Positions 40,824 to 50,041 of a DNA stretch of 64,000 nucleotides are shown one piece after another. The translations under genes and the position numbers were made by a program. Within the stretch, counting starts at the first letter, position 1. The number at the start of each line of letters is the position of its first letter. The notes beneath the pieces were generated by a model. That model was not told where the DNA came from, did no database searches, and saw only the letters and a program-made list of their open reading frames with translations. Origin of the DNA: Escherichia coli (GTDB taxonomy: Bacteria > Pseudomonadota > Gammaproteobacteria > Enterobacterales > Enterobacteriaceae); the NCBI RefSeq assembly GCF_044324875.1, contig NZ_CP172185.1, one strand, 5' to 3'.

Positions 40824-41245
40824 AAATCAAACATGAGCACATCCGCATGGCGATGAATGCCTGGGCGCATCCGGACGGCGAAAAAGTACCGGCTGCGAAA
40901 ATTACCAAAGCGTATTTCGAACTGGGTATGACGTTCCCGGAACTGTACGACGACAGCCACCCTGAAGCCCTGGCGCGTAATACCCAGAAAATTTTCCGCT
41001 GGGTAGAGAAAGACACCCCTGATGCAGTTGAAAAAATTCAGGCGTTGTTACCAGCGATCGAAAAGGCAATGCCACCTTTGCTGGTGGCCAGAATGCGCAG
41101 CCACAGTTCAGCTTATTTTCGGGAGCTGGTGGAGATGCGGGAACGACTGGTGAGAGACGCTGATGATTTTGTCGCGGTGGCAATAGCTGGCTTCAACCAG
41201 ATCAACCGTGGTGGCCCGGCCGGAAATGCTGTGGCTGTGCATTGA
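40820..41245 (+). CDS. YdaT-like / CII-position early regulator
   Basis: 141 aa ORF overlapping the Cro-like stop; gene order resembles Rac ydaS-ydaT-ydaU-ydaV. Confidence 0.4.
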   Translation: MKIKHEHIRMAMNAWAHPDGEKVPAAKITKAYFELGMTFPELYDDSHPEALARNTQKIFRWVEKDTPDAVEKIQALLPAIEKAMPPLLVARMRSHSSAYFRELVEMRERLVRDADDFVAVAIAGFNQINRGGPAGNAVAVH

Positions 41246-41316
41246 TCGGCAATATTCATACCGGATCTCTTTCGGTAATACGTGATTAAAAAGATTCGGT
41301 ATCTGAAGAGGTTAGT

Positions 41317-42387
41317 ATGGCTAATGCCTGGCTCAGATTATGGCATGACATGCCAAATGACCCCAAGTGGCGAACCATTGCCCGGGTGTCAGGTCAGCCA
41401 ATTGCAACAGTGATGGCTGTGTATATCCACCTCCTGGTGAGCGCGTCACGAAATGTCACGCGAGGTCACATTGATGTCACGACCGAGGATTTGGCAAGTG
41501 CGCTCGATGTGACAGAAGAGATGATTGATTCAATTTTGCAGACGATGCAGGGGCGGGTACTTGATGGTGATTTAATCACTGGATGGGAAAAACGCCAGGT
41601 GCTGAAAGAGGACAACGGCAATATTTCGCAAACCGCAAAATCTCCTGCAGAGCGCAAGAGGGCGCAGCGAGAGAGGGAAAGAAAGCGGGAACAAAATGGC
41701 GATTGTCACGGCGCGTCACGAAATGTCACGCACATGTCACGACGAGTCACGACAGATAAAGATACAGATAAAGATACAGATCAAGAAGATCAAAACACTA
41801 TGGTCCATGGCGTGAAAAACGCCACGAACCAGGCTGGGGATGTTCAGACCGTCAATCCTGATCAGCCCGCAGGCACGACACCGGAAGCCGATTCAGCGTA
41901 TGCGCTGAAAGCCGATTCGGGCGCTGTGCAGCAGGCGATGACCGCAGGGTCGGAGCAATCACACCAACTGCAGCAGCCTGAAGCCGATTCCGCGATTCAG
42001 CGGGAAGCCGATCGGGTAGTCCCGGAAAACACCGGGCAGCCTGTGGGACGAGTGGATTATCCGGATGTGTTCGAACAGGTCTGGCGGGAATACCCGTTGC
42101 GTGCCGGGGCAAACCCGAAGAAATCCGCTTTCAGTGCCTGGAAGGCCAGATTACGCGAGGGGGTGCCACCGCAGGTCATGCTGGATGGTGTGAGGCGTTA
42201 CGCGAGGTACCTGGCGGCGACCGGGAAAGCGGGAACGGAATTTGTTCAGCGGGCGACAACGTTTTTTGGACCTGACCGGAATTTTGAAAACCCCTGGTTG
42301 CTCCCGACTGGCGGGACGAACAACCAGCGTTGTGTGAATCATATTTCCGAACCGGATACCGAAATTCCACCAGGTTTCAGGGGGTGA
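41317..42387 (+). CDS. Replication initiation protein (YdaU-like) with internal origin iterons
   Basis: 356 aa; N-terminal MANAWLRLWHDMPNDPKWRTIARVSGQP...; the gene body contains two clusters of GTCACG repeats. Confidence 0.6.
   Translation: MANAWLRLWHDMPNDPKWRTIARVSGQPIATVMAVYIHLLVSASRNVTRGHIDVTTEDLASALDVTEEMIDSILQTMQGRVLDGDLITGWEKRQVLKEDNGNISQTAKSPAERKRAQRERERKREQNGDCHGASRNVTHMSRRVTTDKDTDKDTDQEDQNTMVHGVKNATNQAGDVQTVNPDQPAGTTPEADSAYALKADSGAVQQAMTAGSEQSHQLQQPEADSAIQREADRVVPENTGQPVGRVDYPDVFEQVWREYPLRAGANPKKSAFSAWKARLREGVPPQVMLDGVRRYARYLAATGKAGTEFVQRATTFFGPDRNFENPWLLPTGGTNNQRCVNHISEPDTEIPPGFRG
41444..41752. repeat. Candidate replication-origin iterons (GTCACG repeats at about 10-bp spacing, two clusters)
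   Basis: Cluster 1 at about 41444..41481 (four GTCAC copies); cluster 2 at about 41705..41752 (five GTCACG copies at 10-11 bp spacing); followed by A-rich GATAAAGATACAGATAAAGATACAGATCAAGAAGATCAAAAC. Confidence 0.5.
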
Positions 42388-42393
42388 AGGATT

Positions 42394-43140
42394 ATGAAAA
42401 ATATAGCGGCAGGAGGTGTTCTTGAACGTATCCGCAAGCTGGCACCACAGCATGTAACCGCGCCGTACCGGACGGCAGAAGAGTGGCGTGAGTGGCAACT
42501 TGCGGAAGGCCAGAAACGTTGCGAGGAGATCAACCGTCAGAATCGTCAGTTACGGGTGGAAAAAATTCTGAATCGCTCCGGTATCCAGCCGTTGCACCGC
42601 AAATGTTCGTTTGCGAATTACTGGGTGCAGAACGACGGCCAGCGATATGCGCTGAGCCAGGCAAAATCCATCGCGGACGTACTGAGAACCGGATGCACAA
42701 ATTTCGTGTTCAGCGGTAAGCCGGGTACCGGAAAAAATCACCTGGCAGCCGCCATCGGTAATCATCTTCTGGCGAAAGGTCGCAGCGTGATTGTGGTCAC
42801 GGTGGCTGATGTGATGCTGGCGCTACACGGCATCTACGATAACAAAAACTCAGGCGAAAAATTTTTGCAGGGTTTGTGTGACGTTGACCTGCTGGTTCTG
42901 GATGAGATTGGCATGCAGCGTGATACGCGCAACGAACAGGTCACACTGAACCAGATCGTCGATCGCAGAACAGCCGCGATGCGCAGTGTCGGGATGCTGA
43001 CGAACCTGAATCATACCGCAATGAGCACCCTGCTTGGCGGGCGCGTGATGGACCGCATGACCATGAACGGTGGGCGCTGGGTGAATTTTAACTGGGAGAG
43101 CTGGCGTGCGAATGTCGGTCAGCCAGGAATTGAAAAGTAA
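42394..43140 (+). CDS. DnaC/IstB-like AAA+ helicase loader
   Basis: 248 aa with Walker A GKPGTGKNHLAAAIG and Walker B LLVLDEIG; follows the initiator gene. Confidence 0.75.
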   Translation: MKNIAAGGVLERIRKLAPQHVTAPYRTAEEWREWQLAEGQKRCEEINRQNRQLRVEKILNRSGIQPLHRKCSFANYWVQNDGQRYALSQAKSIADVLRTGCTNFVFSGKPGTGKNHLAAAIGNHLLAKGRSVIVVTVADVMLALHGIYDNKNSGEKFLQGLCDVDLLVLDEIGMQRDTRNEQVTLNQIVDRRTAAMRSVGMLTNLNHTAMSTLLGGRVMDRMTMNGGRWVNFNWESWRANVGQPGIEK

Positions 43141-43163
43141 TTTTATCGGGGAGAAAAAATTTA

Positions 43164-43934
43164 ATGGAAACCGTTTTAGACGCACTGAAAGCAATGGGAA
43201 AAGCCACGTCGGTAGAATTGGCTACGCGACTTGATATCAGTCGTGAAGAAGTTCTGAACGAGCTGTGGGAACTCAAAAGAAATGGCCTCGTTGATAAAAC
43301 TGGTCACATCTGGTTTCTGGCTGGCGAAGGTGAATCCCGGGTAACCGAAGAGCGACCAGTAAAATCTGAAGCACAGGATATGCTGACCGGGGAGGTTGAA
43401 CAAAAAGTTACCGCAGACATGATGATTGAGTTTATCAGTCAGGAGGGGGCTAAAACGTGTGAGGAACTGGCGGGTAAGTTCGGTGTCAGCACTCGCAAGG
43501 TTGCTTCCACACTGGCGGTAGTAACCGCAACGGGGCGGCTGGCACGCGTTAATCGGAACGGTAAATTTAGTTACTGCATGCCGGGCGATAATTTACCGGC
43601 AGAGCCGAAAGCTGCACCGGTAACGAAAACGGCTGGTAAGGCCTTTCCTCAGCCAGCAGGTGTTGCGTTACCAGTACAGGAAGCTGCAACACAGGAAGAA
43701 ATTACAACAGATACTGTGGCGGACATTGTGCAGTCGCTGCCATCGTTTACTGAAACGCGAGCGGATGACCTGGTTTTACCATCGCTGCATATGGCAAACC
43801 GCGAATTGCGTCGGGCGAAAAATCATGTTCAGAAGTGGGAGCGAGTCTGCGCCGCGCTGCGGGAGCTGAACAAGCACCGGGATATTGTTCGACAGATTAC
43901 TGATTCTTCCCGCCGTGTTGTATCGGAAAAGTGA
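43164..43934 (+). CDS. Hypothetical phage protein (predicted winged-helix domains)
   Basis: 256 aa ORF in operon continuity; no family recognised with confidence. Confidence 0.5.
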   Translation: METVLDALKAMGKATSVELATRLDISREEVLNELWELKRNGLVDKTGHIWFLAGEGESRVTEERPVKSEAQDMLTGEVEQKVTADMMIEFISQEGAKTCEELAGKFGVSTRKVASTLAVVTATGRLARVNRNGKFSYCMPGDNLPAEPKAAPVTKTAGKAFPQPAGVALPVQEAATQEEITTDTVADIVQSLPSFTETRADDLVLPSLHMANRELRRAKNHVQKWERVCAALRELNKHRDIVRQITDSSRRVVSEK

Positions 43935-44344
43935 TTGCCGGAGGCGCTTATGGCAAAAGTATTTACACAAGAAGAGCGGGAAAAATTAAAGGGCAGGTTG
44001 TCGAACTCGTGCGACAGAGCGGGCGCGAGACGTTACGACAACTGGAAGCGAAAACAGGTGCGACAAGATATCTGCTGAGCGTTCTTGCCAGAGAGCTGGT
44101 TGCCAGTGGTGATGTATACAATTCAGGCTACGGATTATTCCCGTCTGAGCAGGCGCGTAAAGACTGGCAAAACGCCCGCAAAAAACTATCAAGGGAAAAG
44201 GTGAAAAAACCGGTTGTGGTTGATCCTGACCTTATCTGGTCATTACCAGACGGAGAAATACGCCGCTACGACAGGCGCCTGAATATAATCTGTCGCGAGT
44301 GCCGGAAGAGCGAAGCTATGCAGCGTGTACTGGCATTTTATTAA
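43931..44344 (+). CDS. Hypothetical phage protein
   Basis: 137 aa ORF with GTG start overlapping the upstream stop. Confidence 0.45.
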   Translation: MIAGGAYGKSIYTRRAGKIKGQVVELVRQSGRETLRQLEAKTGATRYLLSVLARELVASGDVYNSGYGLFPSEQARKDWQNARKKLSREKVKKPVVVDPDLIWSLPDGEIRRYDRRLNIICRECRKSEAMQRVLAFY

Positions 44345-44549
44345 GGAAATGTTAGGTATTTTAGACGTTACTAGATTAAAGAGCATTAGTTCAGATGTGA
44401 ATTGACATTTTCATGGCGCAGGGTAGAGCTAGTGTGGTTGTCCGCTTTGCGTCAAAACCAGATATTACCAGATTTAGACATATATTCCCGATAGCCCTGC
44501 TCTGATGCTACACTCTGTGCTATTTTCATGACCCCCAATAAAAATATTT

Positions 44550-45215
44550 ATGACTATTGCTGATTTCAAACGGCCTAAATTGGAGCTCCCGAACGGGGCA
44601 AACAAACTACTACTGCACTCTTGCTGTGCTCCATGTTCCGGTGAAGTGATGGAGGCGCTTCAGGCCTCGGGAATCGACTACACCATCTTTTTCTACAACC
44701 CGAACATTCATCCTCAGAAAGAGTATTTAATTCGTAAGGATGAAAATATTCGCTTTGCTGAACAACACGGCGTGCCGTTTATCGATGCTGATTACGACAC
44801 CGACAACTGGTTTGAACGTGCCAAAGGAATGGAATGGGAGCCTGAGAGGGGGATCCGTTGTACCATGTGTTTTGACATGCGTTTTGAGCGGACAGCGTTG
44901 TACGCTGCTGAAAATGGTTTCAGTGTGATCAGCAGTTCACTGGGCATTTCACGCTGGAAAAATATGCAGCAGGTTAACGAGTGTGGGCGGCGAGCTGTTG
45001 CGCATTATCCGGGTATGGTGTACTGGGATTATAACTGGCGCAAGCAGGGCGGCTCGTCCCGTATGATTGAAATCAGCAAGCGCGAAAAATTCTATCAGCA
45101 GGAATATTGTGGCTGTGTGTATTCTCTGCGCGATACCAATCTACACCGCAAATCTCAGGGACGCCCTCTTATAAAAATTGGCCAACTCCACTACGGAAAA
45201 GAAGAGAAGGAGTGA
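44550..45215 (+). CDS. DUF208 / QueH-like protein (putative B12-independent epoxyqueuosine reductase)
   Basis: 221 aa with N-terminal [14 protein letters not shown] motif and further conserved Cys (…[10 protein letters not shown]…, …EYCGCVYS…), resembling what I remember of the DUF208/QueH family; own promoter-like region upstream. Confidence 0.55.
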   Translation: MTIADFKRPKLELPNGANKLLLHSCCAPCSGEVMEALQASGIDYTIFFYNPNIHPQKEYLIRKDENIRFAEQHGVPFIDADYDTDNWFERAKGMEWEPERGIRCTMCFDMRFERTALYAAENGFSVISSSLGISRWKNMQQVNECGRRAVAHYPGMVYWDYNWRKQGGSSRMIEISKREKFYQQEYCGCVYSLRDTNLHRKSQGRPLIKIGQLHYGKEEKE

Positions 45216-45451
45216 TTTTATGGATCACCTTTCTGATTGATTTCATATTGGCGAGGTGACGGGAGTTAAGTAGAATTGCTGCGGGTGCTTGAGGCTATCT
45301 GCCTCGGGCATGAACACCAACGGCAGATAGAGAAAAGCCCCAGTTAACATTATGCGTCCTGCAAGACGCTTAACATTAATCTGAGGCAGAATCTATGTCT
45401 AGCAAATGTAGGTTAGCCTCTTACGTGCCGAAAGGCAAGGAGAAGCAGGCT

Positions 45452-45607
45452 ATGAAGCAGCAAAAGGCGATGTTAGTCGCCCTGATCGTCATCTGTATTA
45501 CCGTCATTGTGACGGCACTGGTAACGAGGAAAGACCTCTGCGAGGTACGAATCCGAACCGGCCAGACGGAGGTCGCTGTCTTCACAGCTTACGAACCTGA
45601 GGAGTAA
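45452..45607 (+). CDS. hok: Hok/Gef-family type I toxin
   Basis: MKQQKAMLVALIVICITVIVTALVTRKDLCEVRIRTGQTEVAVFTAYEPEE, 51 aa, near-identical to chromosomal Hok/Gef peptides; the ORF track frame extends in-frame upstream to 45395. Confidence 0.8.
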   Translation: MKQQKAMLVALIVICITVIVTALVTRKDLCEVRIRTGQTEVAVFTAYEPEE

Positions 45608-45711
45608 GAGACCAGGCGAGGGAGAAATCCCTCGCCACCTCTGATGTGTCAGGCATTCTCAACGCACCCGCACTTAACCCGCTTCGGCTGTTCCTTAGTT
45701 TGTCCTGATTT

Positions 45712-46065
45712 TTATTTATTACTAATACATGATTTAATTCCTTGAATCCTCTTGTTTTTTCCATTGGTAGGATCTAACACACCTCGAAGAGAATAAAAAT
45801 CAATAGTGGTAGAGCCGTCTGCTGACTTATAAATGTCGGCATTATCTGCAACTGCTAATACACTGTAATATTTACCAATTTTTTGAGAAGTGATAGTATA
45901 CAAGAGAGGTACACGTTGCCACTCACTGAGAATGCATTCTTGTATTTCTTGTGGTGGAGAATTTGTTTTAAATGAAATGATAATATCCTGCTCTTCTCTA
46001 TAATTATAAGGGTTTACGCATCCAGAAATTGCGAAAGAAAACAGAAGAATAATGATCCTGTTCAT
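45712..46065 (-). CDS. Small lipoprotein of unknown function
   Basis: ORF track frame 45712..46095; start at internal MNRIIILLFSFAISGC (signal peptide plus lipobox-like ISGC); gene is AT-rich by eye. Confidence 0.55.
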   Translation of the reverse strand: MNRIIILLFSFAISGCVNPYNYREEQDIIISFKTNSPPQEIQECILSEWQRVPLLYTITSQKIGKYYSVLAVADNADIYKSADGSTTIDFYSLRGVLDPTNGKNKRIQGIKSCISNK

Positions 46066-46127
46066 TTTTTTGCCTCTTTTGAAAATATTACTCAATTATT
46101 TTAGTTGCGGTGTGTTATAAGCATTAA

Positions 46128-46427
46128 CTATAAAATATTAGATTCATAATTTTGTCCGCCGTGGTAAACGCCAGCGATAAAGACTTTATTGCCATCAACG
46201 GCAAAAGCAATAATCGTTCTGTGTCGGAAATGAGTTACCCGCATCCCCTGGCGAATATCATCGCGTTTATTGCCCCGATGCGGGAATGTAGAAAACCCAT
46301 CAAGATAATCAAGAAGCGCATTGGCATAATTGTCAGCAATGACGCTTCTTGCTTTCTCCGTTATATATCTGTGCAGGTTTATTATCTGCTGTTCGGCCTC
46401 GGGGGTAATGATGACTTCATATGTCAT
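46128..46427 (-). CDS. parE: ParE/RelE-family type II toxin
   Basis: 99 aa MTYEVIITPEAEQQIINLHRYI...; immediately downstream of a ParD-like gene. Confidence 0.7.
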   Translation of the reverse strand: MTYEVIITPEAEQQIINLHRYITEKARSVIADNYANALLDYLDGFSTFPHRGNKRDDIRQGMRVTHFRHRTIIAFAVDGNKVFIAGVYHGGQNYESNIL

Positions 46428-46432
46428 GCAGA

Positions 46433-46690
46433 TTACTTCCCGGATCGAATCGCGGCGCGAACCTGTGAAATGGAGCGTCCGTTGTTTGGATTTTCGCGGA
46501 TAGAATCAAGAGAGGGGGCGGCTGAATGCGTTAACCACGCTTCGATTGCTTTATCGCGCTCATTCAGTGCACGAAGCCCTTCACGAATGACCTCGCTTTC
46601 TGAAGCATAGGCACCGGAAGCCACACGGGCGCGCACCATGTCAGCCATCTCGTTAGTTAATGTAATGCTGAATTGTTGGGTTGTACGCAT
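46433..46690 (-). CDS. parD: ParD-like antitoxin
   Basis: Start at internal MRTTQQFSITLTNEMADMVRARVASGAYASESEVIREGLRAL... (ParD-like N-terminus); 5 nt upstream of parE. Confidence 0.65.
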   Translation of the reverse strand: MRTTQQFSITLTNEMADMVRARVASGAYASESEVIREGLRALNERDKAIEAWLTHSAAPSLDSIRENPNNGRSISQVRAAIRSGK

Positions 46691-46825
46691 GGTAAACCTC
46701 ACGGAGTAGGATAGAACACTATTCGATGATAGCACGCTGCCTGTTGACGACAACAGAAATCAGAGACAATATTGCCGCACGCCAGCCTGAACAACTGGCA
46801 CCTGCTGCGCCAGCAGAGAAAACAA

Positions 46826-47098
46826 ATGGCGCACAATACCAAAAATCACAATTCTGATGCCGTTCGTGCCAGCAGGCATGGGCGGCGTTCGCGCGTATTT
46901 AAAACCGACTGGTACCAACACCCTCCATGCACTGAAGAACAGGCCGAATGGCTGATTCAGTGTTACCGCAGACACGGATACGAGATTAAGAAAGCCCTCA
47001 GCCTCGATTATCGTCACTGGATAATCTCCGTCAGGCTTCCTTACTCAGAACGCCCACCGCGTCCGTCCCGCACATACCAGCAACGTATCTGGAGGTAA
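46826..47098 (+). CDS. Hypothetical phage protein
   Basis: ORF track frame 46772..47098; probable start at internal MAHNTKNH...; stop followed by the next gene's ribosome-binding site. Confidence 0.4.
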   Translation: MAHNTKNHNSDAVRASRHGRRSRVFKTDWYQHPPCTEEQAEWLIQCYRRHGYEIKKALSLDYRHWIISVRLPYSERPPRPSRTYQQRIWR

Positions 47099-47099
47099 C

Positions 47100-48158
47100 G
47101 TGCGGGTATTACTTCGACCTGTTCTGGTACCGGAACTCGGGCTGGTGGTCCTTAAGCCCGGTCGTGAATCCATGCCGGTATTTCACAATCCTCGAGTGCT
47201 GGTGGAGCCGGAACCGAAAAGTATGTGCGGCCTGCCATCCGGAGTCGTCCCTGCCGTTCGCCAGCCGCTGGCGGAGGATAAATCATTACTGCCATTTTTC
47301 AGCGATGATCGGGTGATTCGTGCTGTTGGCGGCGCTGGGGCACTGTCTGACTGGCTGTTGCGTCATGTCAAATCCTGCCAGTGGCCTCATGGTGACTATC
47401 ATCACAGTGAAATCGTCATACATCGTTACGGTACCGGCGCGATGGTGTTGTGCTGGCACTGCGACAACCAGCTGCGTGACCAGACATCCGAATCACTCGA
47501 GCAACTTGCTCATCAAAACCTGTCAGCATGGATGATTGACGTCATCGGTCACGCAATAAGCGGTACGCAGGAGCGTGAATTATCTCTGGCTGAATTATCC
47601 TGGTGGGCGGTCCGCAATCAGGTGGCGGACGCGCTTCCGGAGGCAGTATTACGTCGTTCTCTGGGGTTACGTGCGGAAAAAATCCGCTCCTTGTACCGCG
47701 AAAGCGACATCGTACCGGGAGAGCAGACCGTCACCAGCATACTGAAGCAGCGCACAAAAAATATTGCGCTACCGCCTCTCGTCCACCAGCAACAGAACCC
47801 ACCACAGGAAGAGACGGTGGTCAGCATTGCCGTTGATCCGGAGTCACCGGCTCAGTATCTCCAGCGCCAGAAACCACAACGGGAAGAGATGCCTGTATAC
47901 ACGCGCTGGGTAAAAACGCAGAAATGCATGACGTGCGGTAATCAGGCAGATGATCCGCATCACATCATTGGTCATGGACTGGGAGGGATGGGAACAAAGG
48001 CTGATGATTTGTTTGTTATTCCGCTGTGCCGTAAATGTCATAACGAACTGCACGCCGGGGTAAAAGATTTTGAAGAAAAACACGGCAGCCAGCTGTTGTT
48101 GCTGATTCGTTTTTTAATGCACGCGAGAAATTCAGGTGTCCTGAAGTGGAAAGCATAA
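47100..48158 (+). CDS. DUF968-like nin-region protein with C-terminal Cys/His HNH-like motif
   Basis: GTG start after GGAGG; C-terminus CMTCGN...DPHHIIGHGLGGMGTKADDLFVIPLCRKCHNELH; sits before rusA. Confidence 0.5.
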   Translation: MRVLLRPVLVPELGLVVLKPGRESMPVFHNPRVLVEPEPKSMCGLPSGVVPAVRQPLAEDKSLLPFFSDDRVIRAVGGAGALSDWLLRHVKSCQWPHGDYHHSEIVIHRYGTGAMVLCWHCDNQLRDQTSESLEQLAHQNLSAWMIDVIGHAISGTQERELSLAELSWWAVRNQVADALPEAVLRRSLGLRAEKIRSLYRESDIVPGEQTVTSILKQRTKNIALPPLVHQQQNPPQEETVVSIAVDPESPAQYLQRQKPQREEMPVYTRWVKTQKCMTCGNQADDPHHIIGHGLGGMGTKADDLFVIPLCRKCHNELHAGVKDFEEKHGSQLLLLIRFLMHARNSGVLKWKA

Positions 48159-48524
48159 ATGACTGAAAGCATAGAATTTGTTTTGCCTTACCCGCCAACG
48201 GTGAACACCTACTGGCGACGTCGTGGCAGCACATATTTTGTATCAAAAGCCGGTGAGCGTTATCGCCGTGATGTGGCGCTCATTGTTCGCCAGCAGCGGC
48301 TGAAGTTAAACCTGTCCGGACGGCTGGCGATAAAGATTATTGCAGAGCCACCGGATAAACGTCGTCGTGACCTGGACAATATCCTGAAAGCACCACTGGA
48401 TGCGCTGACGCATGCCGGACTTCTCATAGACGACGAGCAGTTTGATGAAATCAATATTGTGCGCGGTCAGCGCGTTCCTGGGGGGCGGCTGGGCGTGAAG
48501 ATTTACAAAATTGAGAGTGAGTGA
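48159..48524 (+). CDS. rusA: Holliday junction resolvase RusA
   Basis: 121 aa MTESIEFVLPYPPTVNTYW... with the RusA acidic motif RRRDLDN. Confidence 0.85.
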   Translation: MTESIEFVLPYPPTVNTYWRRRGSTYFVSKAGERYRRDVALIVRQQRLKLNLSGRLAIKIIAEPPDKRRRDLDNILKAPLDALTHAGLLIDDEQFDEINIVRGQRVPGGRLGVKIYKIESE

Positions 48525-49111
48525 TCGTAAATATGATATACCCGGAAATTACAGGCAAAAGCGGCGAGCATTTACGTCTAAAAACGCTGGAAGCCGTCTG
48601 GATCCAGGGGAAATTACGGATGTGGGGGCGTTGGTCGTATATCAGTGGAGGGACTAGCGGTAACATGTTTAACCAACTGCTTGTATCCAGCAAAATTACC
48701 AAAACTGCAATCAACGATGCGCTGCGCCGTATGAAAAAGTCAGGCATTACGAAACCAGAGCTCGAAGCTTATTTGCGCGAAATACTCAACAGTAAAAACA
48801 AAAGTAGTCTGGCGTTTTGCTCGGACGATGAAGGCCTGAAGATTGACGGTGTGATCGCCTCGGTGCTGATGAATAATGATTACCGTTCTCTATACGGTGT
48901 GATTGTTGGCCGGTATCGTCTGCGTAAGAGCAAGTTGCAAATGGCCAATGAGCTTCATATTAAACATCCTGACTGGGCGCTCATTACCTGTCGCCGCCGA
49001 GTTGACACATGGATAAGTTTGGCCGAATCGCTCCTGTACGTTCCACTATGTGATGCGTTTGGCACAAATAGCGACAGATTTAAATTGCAAAGTGAGCAAG
49101 AAAGTGCTTGA
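48521..49111 (+). CDS. Putative late-gene antiterminator (Q-position protein)
   Basis: 196 aa ORF between rusA and the lysis cassette; assignment is positional only. Confidence 0.4.
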   Translation: MIVNMIYPEITGKSGEHLRLKTLEAVWIQGKLRMWGRWSYISGGTSGNMFNQLLVSSKITKTAINDALRRMKKSGITKPELEAYLREILNSKNKSSLAFCSDDEGLKIDGVIASVLMNNDYRSLYGVIVGRYRLRKSKLQMANELHIKHPDWALITCRRRVDTWISLAESLLYVPLCDAFGTNSDRFKLQSEQESA

Positions 49112-49510
49112 ATTGTGATAAGCTCGGGACGAAAAGCGAACTGAGCAACATAATAGTAAGAACCCGCCATTGTGCGGGTTTTTTTGTCTGCACAACAGGT
49201 AAGAGCACTGAACCCGCAGACCTCGCGGAACTGGTGAAAGGTGCCGCGCAGTGCTCTTATCGTTGTGGTGAAGCTCAATGGCGAGCTAGCAGATAGGCGA
49301 CAGTGAAAATACTAGTCATGTATCTGACCGCCGCGCGTACTGCAATCGGCAGCGCACCGATGGAAGCCGGTTCGATTCCGGCCGCCACAACCCAAACTGA
49401 GCCGTAGCCACTGGCTGTCCTGAACTCCTCAGTGATAGTTACGCTGCGGCCTTCTTTTTCCCCTTCCTAATACAAGAACTACGCAATCCGTTACTGGCGG
49501 AGGCGTTGCT

Positions 49511-49726
49511 ATGAAATCCATGGATAAGATAACAACGGGTGTCGCCTATGGCACCTCGGCAGGCAGTGCCGGGTACTGGTTTTTACAGTGGCTTGATCAG
49601 GTTAGTCCGTCACAGTGGGCTGCTATTGGTGTGCTGGGGAGTCTGGCACTGGGCTTTCTGACTTATCTGACGAATCTGTATTTCAAAATTAAAGATGATC
49701 GGCGCAAAGTGGCGCGGGGAGAGTAG
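49511..49726 (+). CDS. Holin (phage 21 S21 pinholin-like, dual-start motif)
   Basis: [71 protein letters not shown], closely matching what I recall of S21 including the Met-Lys-Ser-Met dual start. Confidence 0.85.
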   Translation: MKSMDKITTGVAYGTSAGSAGYWFLQWLDQVSPSQWAAIGVLGSLALGFLTYLTNLYFKIKDDRRKVARGE

Positions 49727-49729
49727 GCG

Positions 49730-50041
49730 ATGAATAAAAAATACGAACTGGTTATTAAAGGGATAAGTAGTCACCCGGATAAGGTTGTGGTTACTGTGGC
49801 GCTGGAGAGCGACGGCTATCCGACGCTGTTTTCGCCGCATGTGGTGATTAAGCTTGATCGTGTTGACGGCGCAGCGCTGGAGCTTTATGAAGCAGAGGCG
49901 AAAAAACGAGCGAAGAAGATTTTTATGGATGCTGCTGCCGGGTTATGTGAAGCGTGGTCGTTGCCGGAAAAGCGCCTCCATTCAGAGGCGCGGTATACCA
50001 TAAAAATTAACGGTTCAGATAACTCAATTGCTGGTTTTTAA
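49730..50041 (+). CDS. Hypothetical protein translationally coupled to the holin
   Basis: 103 aa ORF starting 4 nt after the holin stop with GGAGAG upstream; no transmembrane segment or recognised motif. Confidence 0.5.
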   Translation: MNKKYELVIKGISSHPDKVVVTVALESDGYPTLFSPHVVIKLDRVDGAALELYEAEAKKRAKKIFMDAAAGLCEAWSLPEKRLHSEARYTIKINGSDNSIAGF

